A stretch of DNA of 64,000 nucleotides. Origin: Neocallimastix sp. 'constans' (Eukaryota). The position numbers and the translations under genes are program-made. Below are positions 14,371 through 27,261 of this stretch, piece by piece. Below the pieces are notes generated by a model. The model was not told where the DNA came from, did no database searches, and worked only from the letters and a program-made list of their open reading frames with translations. The stretch covers positions 124,001 through 188,000 of the forward strand of contig JBODTK010000148.1 in NCBI GenBank assembly GCA_050613775.1, written 5' to 3'. How positions within the stretch are numbered: position 1 is the first letter of the stretch; every line of letters starts with the position of its first letter.

Positions 14371-16497
14371 TTTTTGAATTTATGTAAATAAACATTTTTA
14401 TTAAAATTTTATTTACTTATTAAATAATAATAATAACAGAAATAGTATTAATTCTTTACAGTATATATATATTGCTAAGAAAGAAAATTATTAAGAATAT
14501 TAATAATTATTAAGATATATAATATATAATTGTAAATTATAAAAATTTAAAAGAAATTTTATTAACATTATTAATCAATAATTTAATTAAGTTATTGTAA
14601 AATTGATATCGAGAAATACTAAGCATTAAAAAAAAAAAAAATTACAATAATAAAATTTAATCAATATTTCGAAAATAATAATATTTATGAAAATTATTCT
14701 AAATTGAATGATAAATATATAATGTTATATATATTAAGTATTATATTAAATTTTGATATATATATATAATATTAAAAATATTTTTTAATTTAATTTTTTT
14801 TAAAAATTAAAGTAAAACAATAAAATTTTAATTAACAATGATATATATTATTTTAATCTTTATTAATGTTAATTATTTAAAAAGTATAGCATAAATATAT
14901 AACATATAATCTATCAATTTTTAAGCATAACCAGTGAAAATTATTTTTATTATTTTTTTTCTATAATAATAAAACCTAACCATTATTATTACTTCTATAA
15001 AAAAAATTAAAAATTTATTTTAAATGTACATTTATATTCTAATTAATTATTTAATTAGTAGATAAATTTCCTAGAATGTACATATTAATTAAATGATATA
15101 TAAAATAGATCATTAATTATTAATTAATAGAATGTATATAATAATGAAATATAATAAAATAATAATAGAATAATATAAATTTATAATCTTCATCATTTAA
15201 AAAATATTATTTCCTATATTACTAGTTATAACATATGTAAATTATAACATATGTAAAAAATTATCGTTTTTATTATAATATCCACAATTTTATTAAATAA
15301 TTTATCTTAAGGTAAAAAGGACATATATCAATATAATTAATTTATAATAAAAAAAATATATATGAAATTTTATGTAATTAATAAAAAAAAAAATAATAAA
15401 TAAAAATGAAATGTTAAGAAAAAAAAATTCTAAAAGTTTTAATCATAATGATTTAATTATTTGAATACTAAACACATAATAACTTATTATTTATCATATC
15501 AATATTAATTATCAATATATATTTTTAAAATTACTAATTATTAAATATAATACTATTAGTTCAAAAAATAAAAATAAAATACATTAATGATAATAGTAAA
15601 GTATAAAAATTAAGAAAATAATATATGTAATATAAATAAATTTTAAATATTAATAATATGATATAAAATACTATTAATATTTTTACCTTAAATACACACA
15701 TATATATAAATAAATTTTGAGATTTAGGAAATATCAATAATGTAATAATTTATAATTATATAATATGTATTACTTTATGTTATATATATCATACTTTTTA
15801 TTTTAACATAAAAATAAATAATGATATTAAGGATAAAAAAGGATAAAATGTTAAAAATAGTAAAATTTTAAAAATTTTAAAAAAACACTAATATATATAT
15901 ATTAATATTTTAATTGAAATTTAAAAACTTTAAAGTATAAAAAAAAATAAAATAAAATATTTAATTATCTAAGTTATATAATAAAATAATAAAATAGTAT
16001 TTTTTATATTGGTGATACATAAATAAATAAAAACTTATTTATAATATTGATTATTATTAAAAAAAAAAAAATAAAAAAATAAAAAAATAAAAATTATTAT
16101 ATTTATAATTATATTTTTTTATAGTTTTCATAAAATTTTCATTTTATTACAATTTATAATTTTAATACCCATAACTTATTTATATCTACTATAAGATAGT
16201 TCATTTACCAAAACTAAGAAACATACAATCTAATAATTATATAAAAATTATATAAATAATGTAAATATTTTAATATTAATAATTGAATTTATGAAAGAAG
16301 ATTATTTATTGTTTAAAAAAAAATAATTAATAAAATTTCATATATGTTAAAAAAAAATAATGATTAATTATTATTACTATTATTATAATTTATTATAATT
16401 TTTTTAAAAAATAAATTTAAATTTATCTTTTTTTCAAATTATTAAAAAGAATAATAAATAATATATAATATTTATATAATTAAATAATTATATGTTT

Positions 16498-16544
<47 letters not shown>

Positions 16545-16820
16545 TTTTTTATTTTTATTTTATTTTTTAATTTTTTTTTTATTAGTAAATTGTTGTTGTG
16601 AATTATAAAGTAAAATAAAAATAACCAATATTTGCTTATTTAAATAAAAGTAAATAATTTCAATCTATATAAAATATTAATGATATGTATTAAATAAAAA
16701 AAAGAAATAAAGGTTTTAGCAACGGATTTATATTTTATTATAAGAAAAAAAAAAAAAAAAAGTAAAAACGGAACATTTATAATAGAAATAGAGAAAAAAA
16801 TAATAAATATAAAATAAATC

Positions 16821-16852
<32 letters not shown>

Positions 16853-17721
16853 AATCAATTAATATTATATTCAGTAATAAAAAATAATAACAAGTAAAAT
16901 TATTGAATAAAAACATTCTGCAAGAAAAACATTTTAAATATTATTTTAAAAGTATATATATATATATATAAAAACAATATCATAATATCTATAAACTTCG
17001 CTAAATAAAGAAGATTAAATTTATTTCAATAAACTAAGTATATATATAATAAAAAAGATAAATCATAAATTTATAGTATTTTTATTTATTATTTTTTTTA
17101 TTCTATAAAAAAAAAAAAAAAAAAAAGAATTAAGTTTAAAATTAAATAATGAAATAAGATTTATTAATGAAATAAAATAATACAATAAATTTTTATAAAA
17201 TTCCGGAAAATATTTTCACTTATAAAAAAAAAATAACATTATTATAAAATTATATAATATAAAAAATAAATTATAATGAAATAAATAAAATAAAACTTGA
17301 AAAAGAGTTTTAAAAGTATTCTGATAAAAATATTATTAAAATTTACATACACATCTATAATACAATATTTTATATAAAAAATTTAAAATGTATTTATAAA
17401 ATATGTTATATTAATAACAATATTAATAGATGATATGAATTTTTATACAAATGGAAATTTTTTTTTTTATAAAAATAAATAAAATTCAAATTATATAAAA
17501 ATTAACAATATTAAAAGGCAAAAAAAAATAATCAGAAATTTTAATATAATAAAATAAATTCAATAAGATTAAATCAGTACGAATATTTATAAAAATACAA
17601 ATATTTATTTATATTAAGGGAAATATTAATAATATTATAGAATATATTGAATTGATTAATCATCCATCTATATAATAGTTCTAAGATAAAAATTTATATA
17701 TATTAATGTTTATACTAACTC

Positions 17722-17778
<57 letters not shown>

Positions 17779-17859
17779 CAATAATATTATTATTGATTTA
17801 TTTTTATTTTTTATAGGAATTATTAAAATAGATATATAAATTAATAGAAAGAAAGCAAA

Positions 17860-18401
17860 ATGCAAACCATTAAATGTGTTGTTGTAGGTGATGGTGCAGT
17901 TGGAAAGGTAATAATATTTTAGTATAGTTTGAAAAGTTGATTTTGTAATATTTAAAATTAAATTATTATATTTTTAAATATTAACTAGTTTTTTTTTGTT
18001 TTGTTTAATTTAAAAAAATAATATATGATAAAACCTTTAAATTAATAAACAATAAATATCATATATAATTATATATATTTATGAACTAATATATATATAT
18101 ATATATTTTAATAATTTTTATTATATATATTAATTATTAATATAAATTTTCTACTCTATAAAATATAATGAAATATACGAATATATAATATTTAAACGTT
18201 TCATAAAATAAATATGCCAACAAAATTTATTCATTAAATTTTTAATTAAATATATTTAAATATATTAAAAAAAACTTTAAAAATATATCAATATGATATA
18301 AAATAAAATAACTATGGAATTCAATAATTATTGATATCACAAAATATAAAATATTAAATATATGCATATATATTTAATATTAACATATAATTTATTAACT
18401 A

Positions 18402-18451
<50 letters not shown>

Positions 18452-18992
18452 GAATAAAATGAAGACATGTCTTTTAATTTCATATACTACAAATAATTTC
18501 CCTGAAGATTATGTCCCAACTGTTTTTGATAATTATGCTGTAACTGTTATGATTGGTGAGGAACCATATACACTTGGTTTATTCGATACAGCTGGTCAAG
18601 AAGATTATGATCGTTTAAGACCTCTCTCTTACCCACAAACAGATGTATTTTTAGTTTGCTTTTCAGTTGTAAATCCATCTAGTTTTGAAAATATAAAAGA
18701 AAAATGGATTCCTGAAATACGACACCATTGCCCAACTGTACCATGCTTAATTGTTGGTACCCAAATTGATTTAAGAGATAATGCAGCAGAAAAAGAAAAA
18801 CTCTCAAAGAGAAAACAGAAACCAATTGAATTTGAACAAGGTGAAAAATTAGCTAAAGAAATGAACGCTGTTAAATATGTAGAATGTTCAGCTCGTAATA
18901 GTGAAGGTTTAAAAAATGTTTTTGATGAAGCTATTATTGCTGCGTTAGAGCCTCCAGCTACAAAGAAACAAAGAAAATGTTTATTACTTTAA
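17860..18992 (+). CDS. CDC42: Rho-family GTPase Cdc42, 2 coding exons (17860-17907, 18465-18992), 191 aa
   Basis: Exon 1 [16 protein letters not shown]|gt is missed by the ORF track. Exon 2 has [49 protein letters not shown] and the Cdc42-type G4 motif TQID, ending in a polybasic tail plus CAAX CLLL. Confidence 0.96.
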
Positions 18993-19344
18993 ACATAATA
19001 TAAAATAATAATGATAAAATAATAAAAATATATAAATAAGAAATACAATAAATTAAAATAATAGTAATATTATAACAATATAAATCATGAAATTCTTAAA
19101 ATTAATTATCATTAAAAAAAAAAAAGTTATATAATATATATAAATATTAATAGTACTATAATAAATAATATAAAAAAAATTGAATTTTTTTTATTCTTTT
19201 TTAATTTTTTTTTAAATTATTATTTTTTTTTATTTAGATTTATATATATATTAATGATAAAAACTAATATAATTATTAAATAACAAAATGAAATAAAAAT
19301 AAATAAAAAAAAAATATTTAAAATAATAATATAGATTAAATAAA

Positions 19345-19378
<34 letters not shown>

Positions 19379-20991
19379 TAAAAATTGAAAGTTTTTTTTT
19401 ATTGTTATTTCAATTTCAGAAGGTAATAAAAAAAGAAGGGAAATGTTTTTAATTAAATACAAATAGACAAAACAAAAAACAAAACAAAACAAACAAAACA
19501 AAAAAAAACAAAAAAAAAAAAAAAAAAAAAAACAAAAAAAAAAAAAAAATTGGGATTATTTTATATTCAATAATATAAAAAAATATATATATATTTTTTT
19601 ATTTATATATATTATTACAATAAAATATTTATATTATATAAAATTTAAATTATGAAAATTATGAAATAAAAAATGTGATAATTTTAATATTTCTTTTAAT
19701 ATATTTTTTTTATTAATTCCTACTTTATTGTGAACTTATTTTGAGTTTTATATAATGGTTAAAATTTTGTTATATAATAATATAAAATGAAACAAGCTGT
19801 GTATTTATGTTTCAGTTAGTTAATTTAAATTATATATAAACATGATGAAATCTTTAATATTGATATAATATGTTTAAGGGAGAGACTGGAAACCTTATTG
19901 TTTCCCCTCTTGTTAATCCCAGTTTATATAAAAAAAAAATAAAAAATAAAAAATAAAAAAAAAGATATAAAATTTTTATTCAAACTGTTAAAATAAAAAA
20001 TTTAATTTATTTTTTATAATTATATATATTTTATATATTTAATTATTTTGCTTGCATTTGGAAATTATTAATTTGATGAATAAAAAATTCTTATAAATGT
20101 ATTTTTTCTTTGATAATTATTTCATAGATTATATGTATATTCATACATTCTTTTTTTTTTTTAAAGAAAGATAAAATAGTTTCTTAGATTGTTATTTATT
20201 TGACCATAAACACATTATTACCAACAAATATTTCAATTAGTAAAATAAAACCAGCACTGGTATCAACCAATAGGAAATATATTAATTAATATTTATATAT
20301 TAAATAAAGTTTTCTATATTTATGGATCATACACTTTATGTATATATTAAAATAATAAGAAAATTTATTATTATTTATGATAAAAATAATAATACTTTTT
20401 ACTAATAAAATATAATTAAATTTTATTTTATAAACAAAATTTTTATGAATTATATTTATTATTAAATATATATTTCTGTGATTGAATTATTACACTTACT
20501 ATACGGGTACAAAAGCATAAAGTTCTAGAAATTAATAAAAACAAGAACTAACATTCCATACTATAATAATAACATTGCTAATAAAAATATGAATATGAAT
20601 ATCATTTTTTATTAATTATTTTTAACATAAATGTTTTTTTTTTATTTATAAAAATTAAATATAATTTATATGAAAGTTTTATAAAAATATTACATTAAAC
20701 GAATTAAAAAAATTTCATTAAATAAAAAAATAATAATTTTCACATAGAAAATTCAATATTGAATAAATATATATATATGAATATTACATTAAACAATTTT
20801 TAATCAGGTAGAAAAAAATGTAGCTTTATTATTATAAACATAAAATCTTAAAAGTTAAAAAATTTTTAAAGTTTGTTAATACATTTTTTTATATTAATTA
20901 GTTTTTTTATAGATATCAATTTGTGGAAAAAAAGATTTAAATTATCTTAAATATTATTTTAATTTTATTTCATTAATAAAGACAGTACATG

Positions 20992-21067
20992 TTCATTTAG
21001 TGGTCATACATTTAATGATGATTGTATAGCTATACGATCATCGTTAAATGTATGACCACTAGATGAA
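20992..21067. repeat. 76-bp spacerless palindrome (38-bp arms, 3 mismatches)
   Basis: TTCATTTAGTGGTCATACATTTAATGATGATTGTATAG|CTATACGATCATCGTTAAATGTATGACCACTAGATGAA. Confidence 0.95.
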
Positions 21068-21650
21068 AATAAAATAAAAAAAAATAAAATAATAAAAAAA
21101 AAAAAGAAATTAATAGTAAGTTTAACTGACAAATATGAGATGATGATACATTATTAATTATGGGTCTAATAAAATTTTCTATTTTTAATTAGATAATTTA
21201 AAAACAAAAATAGATTATATTTAATATTAAATATAATTTTTAATTTATCATTTAAATTTTTTTTTTTCATTAAAAATTTAAAATTTATTATTTATTATCA
21301 TCACTTTCATCGTTCTTATTATCAAAATTATTTTATCATTAAATTACAGAAATTCAAGATATATTAATAAATATTAAAAAAATATATTCAAACATATCGA
21401 GATCAATGCAAAATTACATGAAAATTTACTCTATATTTATAGATGAATTTTGAACTTTTAACATAATTTTATAGTACTTAAAAAGTAAAAATAATGCAAT
21501 GTTTTTTTTTTTTTTTTTAAACATATATATATATATATTTCCATAAATAAATAATATGAATATATAGTAAAATTAATATGAGATATTGTTTAAATTATTC
21601 TTTAATATGTCATTTTTAATATGAAATATATTAATTATTGCCATATATAT

Positions 21651-22463
21651 TTAATATCCATATTTATCTTCATAATAACTATCATCGTAATCATAATCAT
21701 CAATCACTTCATAATTATCATTATCTTCAATATCATAATAATATTTTTCCTTGACTTTATTTTTATAATGTGGAGGATATGATGACTTTTTAATTTTTAA
21801 CATTGAATGAATTGGATTGTAAAGATTATAATCTGGTTTTACAATTTTGTAACCTTTACTTGATTTATTTTGTGGTATTTTTCTATATTTTGGAACAGAA
21901 TTAGTTAAATGGGAAGAATTCACTTCTCGTTGGTATACTGGATAAGTTGGATACTATAATATTTCCAATATTTTTATCATAATAATATATATCACAAATA
22001 ATTAATATATAAAAAAATAGTAATAAAATAAATAATATTTCAATATATATTTTAATATTTATATAAACATATTACTACTTATTATATATATAATATGTTT
22101 ATATAAAGTAGTACTTACTGGATATACTAGTGGATAGGATATTGGCATAGAACATGTGGTTTCCATTGGGTATATAGCTGCTGGAGCTACTTGATAGACA
22201 AGATCATTACCAATTAGCCTCGAATCCATTACATGTGGCTGGCATACTCCTAATGGTGGTAAACCTTTGTCATTTTCTTTGTTGTTTTGAATTTTCTCCT
22301 TATTGGAAGAAGTTTCCGTCAGCTTATTTGATGGAATACTATTCATTTTCCATATAATAATGAAAAATGTTGTACATATAACAGTAAGGACAATCTGAAT
22401 TATAAACAATTATAAACAATTATATAAGAATTTTAAATATAAATAAATTATATTTTGTCTTAA

Positions 22464-22494
<31 letters not shown>

Positions 22495-23334
22495 ACTGTT
22501 GTTTTAATAGATAGTGGATCAATGAATTTATTCAATATTTCAGAGATTACTTCAGCACATATCATTATTCTTTATTAACATTATAATTTTATTATTTTGA
22601 AGTATTATATTATATTTATTAATTCATTTAGTATTTTACTATATAAATGAATATTTGAATATTTCATATTTACTACTAATTACAAAAATAAATAAATAAA
22701 AAATAAAAAATAAAATAATAATAATAATAATAAAAAATAAAAATAAAAAATAAAATATAAAAATATAAAAATATAAAAATACAAAAATATAATAATATTA
22801 AAATAAATTCATTAAAATAAAGAAAAAATTGTTTACACTTGAATATTATCAGGATCTTGATTTAAACAAGCCTCCCAATCTTTACATGTATTTTCCAAAG
22901 CTGGAATTCTTATATCTGATGAACATTTATTAACTTTAAATTGTTCATAACATTCAGATATTTTTTTCATATTTTCTATATATAAATTGTATTTTTATAT
23001 TTAATTATAAAAATGTGTACGCAAATTAATATTAGTATTAATATAAATATAATAATATTAGTTATTTCCTTTAATTAAATGATTTAGTCATATTAACTTT
23101 TATTTAACAAGTAATTCATATTATTGGTTCATAAATACCTTTTAAATATTCATTGTATTTTATGTTAATATCATTTTTAATTGATATGATAAAATAAAAT
23201 AATATCCAAATAGCAACAACCAAAATTAAAAGATTAAATAAAAATTTTATATAGCTATTTTTTTTATAATATTTATTGAAAATAAAGATTTATAAATAAT
23301 GTATATTATGAATATTATTATTATTATTATTATT

Positions 23335-23365
<31 letters not shown>

Positions 23366-24017
23366 TAATAATAATAATAAAGTATATAATTTTTACTTTA
23401 TAAGTAATTGTGGAAAACTCGAATCTTTTAAATATTCTGATTTTAATTTATTATTACACTCTTCCTGTTCATCTGGGTAGCAGGAGTTAAATAATTTGGG
23501 CTGATAAAGAATTTTGAATTTATTATTATATAATAGTAATGAGATTTATAAATATTAAATATTTAAATTTAACAGATAAAGAAATACTATTTATACACAT
23601 AAACTTTTTTTTTATAATATTAATATTTATATTTAATTAATCCTTTACAAATTTATTATGATTTTGATACTCAGAACATATTTTATCTTTAGTAGAAATA
23701 TTATCCTCATCATAATCACTTTCCGATTCAGTTATTTGTTCCTCATCTTCACATTTACTTTTTTCAGAAGAAGTTTTTTTCTGAATATAATTAATTAAAT
23801 TTTTTTGATCTTCTATTTTTCCATTTTTTTTCTTATTTTTTGCTTTTAATACATCCATTTTACTTATAGTATATCTATTCTTCATTTTATTATTTCCTTG
23901 AAAAATTTTCTTATCCAATGGTGTCACCCAAATTGGCTCTTCATCTCTATCTATCTCCATTGATGCCATTCGGCCGCGATAAGATGTATTGGGTCTATAT
24001 GGATATCTAACAAACAT
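21651..24017 (-). CDS. BRL1: Brr6/Brl1-family nuclear envelope membrane protein, multi-exon
   Basis: First TM segment YIKFLFNLLILVVAIWILFYFIISIKNDI (~23140-23255). Luminal 4-Cys loop ISECYEQFKVNKCSSDIRIPALENTCKDWEACLNQDP (~22840-22975). Then AEVISEILNKFIDPLSIKT and a second TM. This is the Brr6/Brl1 signature. Start ATG 24017 is assumed; the ORF track uses a GTG. Confidence 0.85.
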
Positions 24018-25886
24018 CTTTGGTTTATTTATAAATATTTTTTTCACTGAATTGGATTAATATAACTAAATGATAAAATATAAATTATTGATTTGTTTTA
24101 TGTTCGTTAATTATGCTTTTTTAATACAAATACTTATTAGACAATTAATTATTTAATTATAAAAATATGTGACATATTAAATAATAAATATGTTTCTCTT
24201 ATTATTATTATTATTATTACTGATTATTATTATTACTGATTATTATTATTATTATTAATTATTATTATTATTAATTATTATTATTATTAATTAAACATTA
24301 GTTAATTATTGATTAATAAGTATATTGATATATAATATTATTGTAAATTTCTGAATGAAACTAGTTTATCAAAATATTTTTAAATTTATTATATTTTAAT
24401 AATAATAGCATATTATTGTATTGATTATTTTTTAAGATGAAATATATAATCAAAATGATAATAATATTAATGTTATTTATTTATATTTAGAGATTTTTTA
24501 AAAAAAATTACTAGTACATATCAAAATATAAATGAGAAAGACATTCATTTTCTAAAATTAAAACTGAATAAAAATAAAAAATTAATAATATAACTTTGGT
24601 GTATCAACTTTATTTAGTTTTTTTATGAATTTTTTATAAATTAAAAAAAATTTTTTTTAATATTCCGTTTAAATTGCATACACGTGTTTTTATTTTTATA
24701 TTAAAAATATAATTCATTAGTTAAATAAAAAGATAAAATATGAAAATATTAATATCAAAACAACTTATATATTGAATAAAATATTTATAATACTAAAGGA
24801 AGAAGAAAAGGAAAAATTATTTAATAGTTTAATAAACAAGACAAAAAAAAAAAACACCTTCTTAATAGCTTATATTATTATTTATATTACAATTTTACAA
24901 AAAAAAATCATTTTCTTTTTTTATTAATCAAAAACAATTATTATTTTTATTTTTAAAATAAATTAAAATAATAAAATTTAATTTAAATTTTAAAATAAAA
25001 AACGTTTGTTTTTGACATATATTATATAATATTTTAAATTAAATTTTTAGCCAATCATTTAAATTTAAAATAATCTTTTCAAGAAAGGAATTAAATAGTA
25101 ATGAATATTATATTTATAATTATTCAATACTTTAAACTTCGTGAAAATCAAAATGAAATGGTTTTATAAAGTAAATATTGATGAATTTAATAATTTTTTA
25201 TGATTTTACTTTGAAAGATGTATAATATAATTAAATGATTGCTAAATCAATTAAATTATTAAAATAATAAAAATAAATTAAATTGGAAGTTATTTTTAAA
25301 AATATTACAAAAATAATGAATTTCTTATGAACTATTTGTTATTCAATTTGATGAAATGAATTATATGAAAATTTTTTGTAAAAATTTTGATAATACATTA
25401 CATGAAATAAAAAAAAAATTATAATATTTAATCATATGAATAATAAGAATTTATATTATATTGTTTATGAACATATAAAAATAATTGTTTTTATTATATT
25501 TATTTTTTTTTTGAACTTTAAAAATTCAAATTAATAATACATTTTATATTTTATATATATTTATAATATACTTTTTTTAATTTTTTACAAACAGTATATT
25601 ATAATTGTATATAATATATTAATTTGAAATTTTAAAGCTTAAAAAATAAAGTATACAATTTACATCTATAAATTTGACCAAAGTAAATACAGATATATGT
25701 ATATTATATTAATTACACAAAAATATACTTTTCAATTTCATTTGAATATCACCCATATGAAAATCAAATAAACAGACAAATAAATAAATAAATAAAAATA
25801 AAAATAAAAACAATATTAATAATGAAAATAAAAAACAAATCAAAACAAAATAAAACAAACAAAATTAAAATATATATAAAGTCAAA

Positions 25887-26470
25887 ATGACTAATTAATA
25901 ACTTTATTGACATAGTTCTATTGGAATTAATCTTACAGATACATTAGATGAAATTATTAATAGTTGTTTAATTGATCCTTAACTAGAAAATAAACTTTTA
26001 AGAGTAAATATTATAAAAAATATTATTTATTATGTATTATTATGTTTCATTTTAAAAAATAAAATTATTGCTAGAAACTTATTAATGATAAAAATTATTT
26101 TTTTCTTTAAAATAACAGTTTGATATAAGTACTGCGTAAGCTTTGCAAAAACAAAAAAAAATGTAAAATATAAAGCTGGTTTTAAGATATAAAAATATTT
26201 AAATAAAAATAATTAATATTTTTTTTTTTTTTTTTTTTAAAATAAGATTAAATAAGATTAAATAATTTAAAATAGATAGAAAATATAATTCAAATTTATT
26301 TATAAAAATAATTAAAGTGTCATCTTGATTCTTATAGATTTTACGATAATGTATAGTCTTTTTTAGTTATTAACCCAATCTTTAGATTTGAAAATGAATC
26401 AAGACATGCAAATAAAATTAAAGATATAGCTTGTGTAGGGAAATAAGCTACTGATGATGGAAAAGAATAA
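25887..26470 (+). pseudogene. TOA2: Transcription factor IIA small (gamma) subunit pseudogene, 3 exons, at least 7 premature stops
   Basis: Translation: MTN**LY*HSSIGINLTDTLDEIINSCLIDP*LENKLL / FDISTA*AL..VKYKAGFK / CHLDSYRFYDNV*SFLVINPIFRFENESRHANKIKDIACVGK*ATDDGKE*. This matches the TFIIA-gamma consensus (YxLYRxSxIGxxLxDxLDELI...FDKS..GHLxxYRFCDxVWTF...KxKIVAC). Confidence 0.88.
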
Positions 26471-27261
26471 AAAAAAAAAAACATTTAAAATATAAAATAA
26501 AAAAAAATTATATACATATATTGTTTTTTTGTTCTATTTATTTATATTATTTTGTAAATTAAATTGAAAAGTATATAATCATATGATATAAAAAAGATAA
26601 TATTGTTTTTTTATTTCATGAATAAAGTATATAACTTTATTAATTTTTTTATTGATTTATTATTCAATTTATCAATATCAATAATAATTATTATTTATTT
26701 AGGAATATATATAAATAATGACATATTCCATATTAATTTTAAATTATATAAAATTATAAATAAGTAAATATAATTATATATTTCATTAAACAAAATATAA
26801 AATATATAACTTTATATATTATAAATAAATTCAATTAATAAAAATATTATAATAAAGTTTTGAGTTTTATTCATTAAGAATTTTTCTTTTTTTATTTTGA
26901 AACTAATTTAAAGATTTACACGTTTATTAACAAAAAAAAAAAAATACTTTTTTTATTTTATTAAATCAATTCTGATAAAGTAAAACTTATCATAAAAAAT
27001 AAAAATAATATAAATTAAATTATAATATTTAATAAATAAGTCTTTATTAATAATTTAAATTTAGATTTCTTAATAGTTTAATATATTATATGAAAACTTT
27101 TTTTAATTAATATTAGTTTTAATATTTTATAAATAATATTATTTATAATATTTTAAATATAAATATTATAAATTATCTTTATGTATTTTTTTAAACTAAG
27201 AATAAACTTTTTTAATAATAAATTTTTTTTTTTTCATTAATATTAAAAAACTATGTTAAGA

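Noticed and set aside
19876..19911. Imperfect GC-richer hairpin downstream of CDC42
   Set aside because: Short, bulged stem seen only once; cannot be distinguished from chance.
20200..20605. Possible exon remnants on the minus strand (GTAAGT donor near 20495)
   Set aside because: Stops in the plausible frames and no recognisable protein similarity.
25887..26470. Stop-codon reassignment or readthrough making TOA2 functional
   Set aside because: All three stop types occur, together with a frameshift, and neighbouring intact genes terminate normally with TAA, TAG and TGA.
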